Shown piece after piece: positions 53,101-64,000 of a stretch of 64,000 nucleotides of DNA. The position numbers were made by a program, and so were the translations under genes. The DNA is from Eledone cirrhosa. Taxonomy: Eukaryota. The DNA lies in assembly GCA_964016885.1 (NCBI GenBank), contig OZ024740.1, forward strand, positions 46,376,001-46,440,000. The letters run 5' to 3'. The number at the start of each line of letters is the position of its first letter. Position 1 is the first letter of the stretch. The notes under the pieces are model-generated. The model did no database searches. It saw only the letters and a program-made list of their open reading frames with translations, and was not told the origin of the DNA.

Positions 53101-56100
53101 CTCTACTATAGCCACAACCCAGTCTAACAGAATTACAATGTAACCTCTACTATAGCCACAACCTAGCCTAACAGAATTACAATGTAACCTCTACTATAGC
53201 CACAACCTAGCTTAACAGAATTACAATGTAACCTCTACTATAGCCACAACCTAGCCTAACAGAATTACAATGTAACCTCTACTATAGCCACAACCTAGCC
53301 TAACAGAATTACAATGTAACCTCTACTATAGCCACAATCTAGCTTAACAGAATTACAATGTAACCTCTACTATAGCCACAACCTAGCCTAACAGAATTAC
53401 AATGTAACCTCTACTATAGCCACAACCCAGCCTAACAGAATTACAATGTAACCTCTACTATAGCCACAACCTAGCCTAACAGAATTACAATGTAACCTCT
53501 ACTATAGCCACAACCTAGCCTAACAGAATTACAATGTAACCTCTACTATAGCCACAACCTAGCTTAACAGAATTACAATGTAACCTCTACTATAGCCACA
53601 ACCCAGCCTAACAGAATTACAATGTAACCTCTACTATAGCCACAACCCAGTCTAACAGAATTACAATGTAACCTCTACTATAGCCACAACCCAGTCTAAC
53701 AGAATTACAATGTAACCTCTACTATAGCCACAACCAAGCCTAACAGAATTACAATGTAACCTCTACTATAGCCACAACCTAGCCTAACAGAATTACAATG
53801 TAACCTCTACTATAGCCACAACCTAGCCTAACAGAATTACAATGTAACCTCTACTATAGCCACAGCCTAGCCTAACAGAATTACAATGTAACCTCTACTA
53901 TAGCCACAACCCAGTCTAACAGAATTACAATGTAACCTCTACTATAGCCACAACCCAGCCTAACAGAATTACAATGTAACCTCTACTATAGCCACAACCT
54001 AGTCTAACAGAATTACAATGTAACCTCTACTATAGCCACAACCGAGCCTAACAGAATTACAATGTAACCTCTACTATAGCCACAGCCTAGCCTAACAGAA
54101 TTACAATGTAACCTCTACTATAGCCACAACCCAGTCTAACAGAATTACAATGTAACCTCTACTATAGCCACAACCCAGCCTAACAGAATTACAATGTAAC
54201 CTCTACTATAGCCACAACCTAGTCTAACAGAATTACAATGTAACCTCTACTATAGCCACAACCCAGCCTAACAGAATTACAATGTAACCTCTACTATAGC
54301 CACAGCCTAGCCTAACAGAATTACAATGTAACCTCTACTATAGCCACAACCCAGTCTAACAGAATTACAATGTAACCTCTACTATAGCCACAACCTAGCC
54401 TAACAGAATTACAATGTAACCTCTACTATAGCCACAACCCAGCCTAACAGAATTACAATGTAACCTCTACTATAGCCACAACCTCGTCTAGCAGAATTAC
54501 AATGTAAACTCTACTATAGCCACAACCTAGTCTAACAGAATTACAATGTAACCTCTACTATAGCCACAACCTAGCCTAACAGAATTACAATGTAACCTCT
54601 ACTATAGCCACAACCTAGCCTAACAGAATTACAATGTAACCTCTACTATAGCCACAACCTCGTCTAGCAGAATTACAATGTAAACTCTACTATAGCCACA
54701 ACCTAGCCTAACAGAATTACAATGTAACCTCTACTATAGCCACAACCTAGCCTAACAGAATTACAACGTAACCTCTACTATAGTCACAACCTAGCCTAAC
54801 AGAATTACAATGTAACCTCTACTATAGCCACAACCTAGTCTAACAGAATTACAATGTAACCTCTACTATAGCCACAACCTAGCCTAACAGAATTACAATG
54901 TAACCTCTACTATAGTCACAACCTAGCCTAACAGAATTACAATGTAACCTCTACTATAGCCACAACCTAGCCTAACAGAATTACAATGTAACCTCTACTA
55001 TAGCCACAACCTAGCCTAACAGAATTACAATGTAACCTCTACTATAGCCACAACCCAGTCTAACAGAATTACAATGTAACCTCTACTATAGTCACAACCC
55101 AGCCTAACAGAATTACAATGTAACCTCTACTATAGCCACGACCCAGCCTAACAGAATTACAATGTAACCTCTACTATAGCCACAACCCATTCTAACAGAA
55201 TTACAATGTAACCTCTACTATAGCCACAACCTAGCCTAACAGAATTACAATGTAACCTCTACTATAGCCACAACGCAGTCTAACAGAATTACAATGTAAC
55301 CTCTACTATAGTCACAACCCAGCCTAACAGAATTACAATGTAACCTCTACTATAGCCACAACCCAGTCTAACAGAATTACAATGTAACCTCTACTATAGC
55401 CACAACCCAGTCTAACAGAATTACAATGTAACCTCTACTATAGCCACAACCTAGCCTATCAGAATTACAATGTAAACTCTACTATAGCCACAACCCAGTC
55501 TAACAGAATTACAATGTAACCTCTACTATAGCCACAACCTAGCCTATCAGAATTACAATGTAACCTCTACTATAGCCACAACCTAGCCTAACAGAATTAC
55601 AATGTAACCTCTACTATAGTCACAACCCAGCCTAACAGAATTACAATGTAACCTCTACTATAGTCACAACCCAGCCTAACAGAATTACAATGTAACCTCT
55701 ACTATAGCCACAACCTAGCCTAACAGAATTACAATGTAACCTCTACTATAGCCACAACCCAGCCTAACAGAATTACAATGTAACCTCTACTATAGCCACA
55801 ACCTAGCCTAACAGAATTACAATGTAACCTCTACTATAGCCACAACCTAGCCTAACAGAATTACAATGTAACCTCTACTATAGCCACAACCTAGCCTAAC
55901 AGAATTACAATGTAACCTCTACTATAGCCACAACCTAGCCTAACAGAATTACAATGTAACCTCTACTATAGCCACAACCTAGCCTAACAGAATTACAATG
56001 TAACCTCTACTATAGCCACAACCTAGCCTAACAGAATTACAATGTAACCTCTACTATAGCCACAACCTAGCCTAACAGAATTACAATGTAACCTCTACTA

Positions 56101-59100
56101 TAGTCACAACCCAGCCTAACAGAATTACAATGTAACCTCTACTATAGCCACAACCCAGTCTAACAGAATTACAATGTAACCTCTACTATAGCCACAACCC
56201 AGTCTAACAGAATTACAATGTAACCTCTACTATAGCCACAACCTAGCCTATCAGAATTACAATGTAACCTCTACTATAGCCACAACCCATTCTAACAGAA
56301 TTACAATGTAACCTCTACTATAGTCACAACCCAGCCTAACAGAATTACAATGTAACCTCTACTATAGCCACAACCCAGTCTAACAGAATTACAATGTAAC
56401 CTCTACTATAGCCACAACCCAGTCTAACAGAATTACAATGTAACCTCTACTATAGCCACAACCTAGCCTAACAGAATTACAATGTAACCTCTACTATAGC
56501 CACAACCTAGCCTAACAGAATTACAATGTAACCTCTACTATAGTCACAACCCAGCCTAACAGAATTACAATGTAACCTCTACTATAGCCACAACCGAGTC
56601 TAACAGAATTACAATGTAAACTCTACTATAGCCACAACCCAGTCTAACAGAATTACAATGTAACCTCTACTATAGCCACAACCTAGCCTATCAGAATTAC
56701 AATGTAACCTCTACTATAGCCACAACCTAGCCTAACAGAATTACAATGTAACCTCTACTATAGTCACAACCCAGCCTAACAGAATTACAATGTAACCTCT
56801 ACTATAGTCACAACCCAGCCTAACAGAATTACAATGTAACCTCTACTATAGCCACAACCTAGCCTAACAGAATTACAATGTAACCTCTACTATAGCCACA
56901 ACCCAGCCTAACAGAATTACAATGTAACCTCTACTATAGCCACAACCTAGCCTAACAGAATTACAATGTAACCTCTACTATAGCCACAACCTAGCCTAAC
57001 AGAATTACAATGTAACCTCTACTATAGCCACAACCTAGCCTAACAGAATTACAATGTAACCTCTACTATAGCCACAACCTAGCCTAACAGAATTACAATG
57101 TAACCTCTACTATAGCCACAACCTAGCCTAACAGAATTACAATGTAACCTCTACTATAGCCACAACCTAGCCTAACAGAATTACAATGTAACCTCTACTA
57201 TAGCCACAACCTAGCCTAACAGAATTACAATGTAACCTCTACTATAGCCACAACACAGCCTAACAGAATTACAATGTAACCTCTACTATAGCCACAACCC
57301 AGTCTAACAGAATTACAATGTAACCTCTACTATAGCCACAACCCAGTCTAACAGAATTACAATGTAACCTCTACTATAGCCACAACCCAGTCTAAAAGAA
57401 TTACAATGTAACCTCTACTATAGCCACAACCCAGTCTAACAGAATTACAATGTAACCTCTACTATAGCCACAACCCAGTCTAACAGAATTACAATGTAAC
57501 ATCTACTATAGCCACAACCCAGCCTAACAGAATTACAATGTAACCTCTACTATCGCCACAACCCAGTCTAACAGAATTACAATGTAACCTCTACTATAGC
57601 CACAACCCAGTCTAACAGAATTACAATGTAACCTCTACTATAGCCACAACCCAGTCTAACAGAATTACAATGTAACCTCTACTATAGCCACAACCCAACC
57701 TAACAGCAGAATTACAATGTAACCTCTACTATAGCCACAACCCAGTCTAACAGAATTACAATGTAACCTCTACTATAGCCACAACCCAGTCTAACAGAAT
57801 TACAATGTAACCTCTACTATAGCCACAACCCAACCTAACAGCAGAATTACAACGTAACCTCTACTATAGCCACAACCCAGCCTAACAGAATTACAATGTA
57901 ACCTCTACTATAGCCACAACCCTGCCTAACAGAATTACAATGTAACCCCTACTATAGCCACAACCCAGTCTAACAGAATTACAATGTAACCTCTACTATA
58001 GGCACAACCCAGTCTAACAGAATTACAATGTAACCTCTACTATAGCCACAACCCAACCTAACAGCAGAATTACAATGTAACCTCTACTATAGCCACAACC
58101 CAGCCTAACAGAATTACAATGTAACCTCTACTATAGCCACAACCCAGTCTAACAGAATTACAATGTAACCTCTACTATAGCCACAACCCAGTCTAACAGA
58201 ATTACAATGTAACCTCTACTATAGCCACAACCCAGCCTAACAGAATTACAATGTAACCTCTACTATAGCCACAACCCAGTCTAACAGAATTACAATGTAA
58301 CCTCTACTATAGCCACAACCCAGTCTAACAGAATTACAATGTAACCTCTACTATAGCCACAACCCAGTCTAACAGAATTACAATGTAACCTCTACTATAG
58401 CCACAACCCAGTCTAACAGAATTACAATGTAACCTCTACTATAGCCACAACCCAGTCTAACAGAATTACAATGTAACCTCTACTATAGCCACAACCCAGT
58501 CTAACAGAATTACAATGTAACCTCTACTATAGCCACAACCCAGCCTAACAGAATTACAATGTAACCTCTACTATAGCCACAACCCAGTCTAACAGAATTA
58601 CAATGTAACCTCTACTATAGCCACAACCCAGTCTAACAGAATTACAATGTAACCTCTACTATAGCCACAACCCAGTTTAACAGAATTACAATGTAACCTC
58701 TACTATAGCCACAACCCAGTCTAACAGAATTACAATGTAACCTCTACTATAGCCACAACCTAGCCTATCAGAATTACAATGTAACCTCTACTATAGCCAA
58801 AATCTAGCCTAACAGAATTACAATGTAACCTCTACTATAGTCACAACCCAGCCTAACAGAATTACAATGTAACCTCTACTATAGTCACAACCCAGCCTAA
58901 CAGAATTACAATGTAACCTCTACTATAGCCACAACCCAGTCTAACAGAATTACAATGTAACCTCTACTATAGCCACAACCTAGCCTAACAGAATTACAAT
59001 GTAACCTCTACTATAGCCACAACCCAGCCTAACAGAATTACAATGTAACCTCTACTATAGCCACAACCTAGCCTAACAGAATTACAATGTAACCTCTACT

Positions 59101-62100
59101 ATAGCCACAACCTAGCCTAACAGAATTACAATGTAACCTCTACTATAGCCACAACCTAGCCTAACAGAATTACAATGTAACCTCTACTATAGCCACAACC
59201 TAGCCTAACAGAATTACAATGTAACCTCTACTATAGCCACAACCTAGCCTAACAGAATTACAATGTAACCTCTACTATAGCCACAACCTAGCCTAACAGA
59301 ATTACAATGTAATCTCTACTATAGTCACAACCTAGCCTAACAGAATTACAATGTAACCTCTACTATAGCCACAACCTAGCCTAACAGAATTACAATGTAA
59401 ACTCTACTATAGCCACAACCCAGTCTAACAGAATTACAATGTAACCTCTACTATAGCCACAACCCAGTCTAACAGAATTACAATGTAACCTCTACTATAG
59501 CCACAACCCAGCCTAACAGAATTACAATGTAACCTCTACTATAGCCACAACCCAGTCTAACAGAATTACAATGTAACCTCTACTATAGCCACAACCCAGT
59601 CTAACAGAATTACAATGTAACCTCTACTATAGCCACAACCCAACCTAACAGCAGAATTACAACGTAACCTCTACTATAGCCACAACCCAGCCTAACAGAA
59701 TTACAATGTAACCTCTACTATAGCCACAACCCTGCCTAACAGAATTACAATGTAACCCCTACTATAGCCACAACCCAGTCTAACAGAATTACAATGTAAC
59801 CTCTACTATAGCCACAACCCAGTCTAACAGAATTACAATGTAACCTCTACTATAGCCACAACCCAACCTAACAGCAGAATTACAATGTAACCTCTACTAT
59901 AGCCACAACCCAGCCTAACAGAATTACAATGTAACCTCTACTATAGCCACAACCCAGTCTAACAGAATTACAATGTAACCTCTACTATAGCCACAACCCA
60001 GTCTAACAGAATTACAATGTAACCTCTACTATAGCCACAACCCAGTCTAACAGAATTACAATGTAACCTCTACTATAGCCACAACCCAGTCTAACAGAAT
60101 TACAATGTAACCACTACTATAGCCACAACCCAGTTTAACAGAATTACAATGTAACCTCTACTATAGCCACAACCCAGCCTAACAGAATTACAATGCAACC
60201 TCTACTATAGTCACAACCCAGTCTAACAGAATTACAATGTAACCTCTACTATAGTCACAACCCAGCCTAACAGAATTACAATGTAACCTCTACTAAAGCC
60301 ACAACCCAGTCTAGCAGAATTACAATGTAACCTCTACTATAGCCACAACCCAGCCTAACAGAATTACAATGTAACCTCTACTATAGCCACAACCTAGCCT
60401 AACAGAATTACAATGTAACCTCTACTATAGCCACAACCTAGTCTAACAGAATTACAATGTAACCTCTACTATAGCCACAACCTAGCCTAACAGAATTACA
60501 ATGTAACCGCTACTATAGCCACAACCCATTCTAACAGAATTACAATGTAACCTCTACTATAGTCACAACCCAGCCTAACAGAATTACAATGTAACCTCTA
60601 CTATAGCCACAACCCAGTCTAACAGAATTACAATGTAACCTCTACTATAGCCACAACCCAGTCTAACAGAATTACAATGTAACCTCTACTATAGCCACAA
60701 CCGAGTCTAACAGAATTACAATGTAACCTCTACTATAGCCACAACCCAGTCTAACAGAATTACAATGTAACCTCTACTATAGCCACAATCTAGCTTAACA
60801 GAATTACAATGTAACCTCTACTATAGCCACAACCTAGCCTAACAGAATTACAATGTAACCTCTACTATAGCCACAACCCAGCCTAACAGAATTACAATGC
60901 AACCTCTACTATAGTCACAACCCAGTCTAACAGAATTACAATGTAACCTCTACTATAGTCACAACCCAGCCTAACAGAATTACAATGTAACCTCTACTAA
61001 AGCCACAACCCAGTCTAGCAGAATTACAATGTAACCTCTACTATAGCCACAACCTAGCCTAACAGAATTACAATGTAACCTCTATTATAGCCACAACCTA
61101 GCCTAACAGAATTACAATGTAACCTCTACTATAGCCACAACCTAGCCTAACAGAATTACAATGTAACCTCTACTATAGCCACAACCTAGCCTAACAGAAT
61201 TACAATGTAACCTCTACTATAGTCACAACCCAGCCTAACAGAATTACAATGTAACCTCTACTATAGCCACAACCCAGTCTAACAGAATTACAATGTAACC
61301 TCTACTATAGCCACAACCCAGTCTAACAGAATTACAATGTAACCTCTACTATAGCCACAACCTAGCCTATCAGAATTACAATGTAACCTCTACTATAGCC
61401 ACAACCCATTCTAACAGAATTACAATGTAACCTCTACTATAGTCACAACCCAGCCTAACAGAATTACAATGTAACCTCTACTATAGCCACAACCCAGTCT
61501 AACAGAATTACAATGTAACCTCTACTATAGCCACAACCCAGTCTAACAGAATTACAATGTAACCTCTACTATAGCCACAACCTAGCCTAACAGAATTACA
61601 ATGTAACCTCTACTATAGCCACAACCTAGCCTAACAGAATTACAATGTAACCTCTACTATAGTCACAACCCAGCCTAACAGAATTACAATGTAACCTCTA
61701 CTATAGCCACAACCCAGTCTAACAGAATTACAATGTAAACTCTACTATAGCCACAACCCAGTCTAACAGAATTACAATGTAACCTCTACTATAGCCACAA
61801 CCTAGCCTATCAGAATTACAATGTAACCTCTACTATAGCCGCAACCTAGCCTAACAGAATTACAATGTAACCTCTACTATAGTCACAACCCAGCCTAACA
61901 GAATTACAATGTAACCTCTACTATAGTCACAACCCAGCCTAACAGAATTACAATGTAACCTCTACTATAGCCACAACCTAGCCTAACAGAATTACAATGT
62001 AACCTCTACTATAGCCACAACCCAGCCTAACAGAATTACAATGTAACCTCTACTATAGCCACAACCTAGCCTAACAGAATTACAATGTAACCTCTACTAT

Positions 62101-64000
62101 AGCCACAACCTAGCCTAACAGAATTACAATGTAACCTCTACTATAGCCACAACCTAGCCTAACAGAATTACAATGTAACCTCTACTATAGCCACAACCTA
62201 GCCTAACAGAATTACAATGTAACCTCTACTATAGCCACAACCTAGCCTAACAGAATTACAATGTAACCTCTACTATAGCCACAACCTAGCCTAACAGAAT
62301 TACAATGTAACCTCTACTATAGCCACAACCTAGCCTAACAGAATTACAATGTAACCTCTACTATAGCCACAACACAGCCTAACAGAATTACAATGTAACC
62401 TCTACTATAGCCACAACCCAGTCTAACAGAATTACAATGTAACCTCTACTATAGCCACAACCCAGTCTAACAGAATTACAATGTAACCTCTACTATAGCC
62501 ACAACCCAGTCTAAAAGAATTACAATGTAACCTCTACTATAGCCACAACCCAGTCTAACAGAATTACAATGTAACCTCTACTATAGCCACAACCCAGTCT
62601 AACAGAATTACAATGTAACATCTACTATAGCCACAACCCAGCCTAACAGAATTACAATGTAACCTCTACTATCGCCACAACCCAGTCTAACAGAATTACA
62701 ATGTAACCTCTACTATAGCCACAACCCAGTCTAACAGAATTACAATGTAACCTCTACTATAGCCACAACCCAGTCTAACAGAATTACAATGTAACATCTA
62801 CTATAGCCACAACCCAACCTAACAGCAGAATTACAATGTAACCTCTACTATAGCCACAACCCAGTCTAACAGAATTACAATGTAACCTCTACTATAGCCA
62901 CAACCCAGTCTAACAGAATTACAATGTAACCTCTACTATAGCCACAACCCAACCTAACAGCAGAATTACAACGTAACCTCTACTATAGCCACAACCCAGC
63001 CTAACAGAATTACAATGTAACCTCTACTATAGCCACAACCCTGCCTAACAGAATTACAATGTAACCCCTACTATAGCCACAACCCAGTCTAACAGAATTA
63101 CAATGTAACCTCTACTATAGCCACAACCCAGTCTAACAGAATTACAATGTAACCTCTACTATAGCCACAACCCAACCTAACAGCAGAATTACAATGTAAC
63201 CTCTACTATAGCCACAACCCAGCCTAACAGAATTACAATGTAACCTCTACTATAGCCACAACCCAGTCTAACAGAATTACAATGTAACCTCTACTATAGC
63301 CACAACCCAGTCTAACAGAATTACAATGTAACCTCTACTATAGCCACAACCCAGTCTAACAGAATTACAATGTAACCTCTACTATAGCCACAACCCAGTC
63401 TAACAGAATTACAATGTAACCTCTACTATAGCCACAACCCAGTCTAACAGAATTACAATGTAACCTCTACTATAGCCACAACCCAGACTAACAGAATTAC
63501 AATGTAACCTCTACTATAGCCACAACCCAGTCTAACAGAATTACAATGTAACCTCTACTATAGCCACAACCCAGTCTAACAGAATTACAATGTAACCTCT
63601 ACTATAGCCACAACCCAGTCTAACAGAATTACAATGTAACCTCTACTATAGCCACAACCCAGTCTAACAGAATTACAATGTAACCTCTACTATAGCCACA
63701 ACCCAGTCTAACAGAATTACAATGTAACCTCTACTATAGCCACAACCCAGTCTAACAGAATTACAATGTAACCTCTACTATAGCCACAACCCAGTCTAAC
63801 AGAATTACAATGTAACCTCTACTATAGCCACAACCCAGCCTAACAGAATTACAATGTAACCTCTATAATAGCCACAACCCATTCTAACAGAATTACAATG
63901 TAACCTCTACTATAGCCACAACCCAGTCTAACAGAATTACAATGTAACCTCTACTATAGCCACAACCCAGTCTAACAGAATTACAATGTAACCTCTACTA
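8166..64000. repeat. 44-bp tandem satellite, consensus CTCTACTATAGYCACAACCYAGYCTAACAGAATTACAATGTAAC, ~1270 copies, running off the window end
   Basis: The 60-nt line pattern recurs every 660 bp (15x44). Arrangement is head-to-tail throughout, with no inversion or insertion seen. There are three common C/T sites and a recurrent 47-bp (+CAG) variant. Confidence 0.99.

Noticed and set aside
8166-64000. CRISPR-like array (constant part plus variable part)
   Set aside because: The variable part differs only by a few SNPs. There are no unique spacers or cas genes, and the context is eukaryotic.
8166-64000. Coding tandem repeat
   Set aside because: 44 is not a multiple of 3, and TAA/TAG occur on both strands of each monomer, closing all frames. 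The track shows no ORF here.
8166-64000. Telomeric repeat (CCTAAC / GTTAGG)
   Set aside because: Only one partial motif in some monomers, never in tandem.
8166-64000. Recursive splice sites or branch points in the satellite
   Set aside because: Sense-strand TAG|GTTGTG and GAG|GTTACA are poor donors without a good polypyrimidine tract. The CTAAC branch-like motif is on the antisense strand.

Overview
Eukaryotic (animal) genomic DNA; the repeat repertoire looks cephalopod/Octopus-like (inference from recalled repeat families, not verified). The first ~8.2 kb holds a 31-bp minisatellite, a 200-N scaffold gap, a 1.4-kb (TA)n tract, decayed RTE-clade LINE fragments on both strands, tRNA-derived SINEs and two small MITEs. 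It also holds three minus-strand GT-AG exons (7424-7323, 5843-5716, 4773-4674) that splice in frame into the C-terminal part of a medium-chain acyl-CoA synthetase (ACSM-like). From ~8166 to the window end is one uninterrupted, highly homogeneous 44-bp satellite (~55.8 kb, ~1270 monomers). It lies 5' of the exons and so apparently inside an intron of the gene. Rare monomer variants show nested block duplications of 1241, 1458 and 2737 bp (three copies) and of ~5.1, ~12.2 and ~25.7 kb. No CRISPR array, prokaryotic system or complete gene is present, and I cannot demonstrate a new biological system. The best leads are the giant intronic satellite and its hierarchy, a PHD-type zinc finger inside the RTE reverse transcriptase, and a structured RTE 3'-UTR module that has been tandemly amplified.
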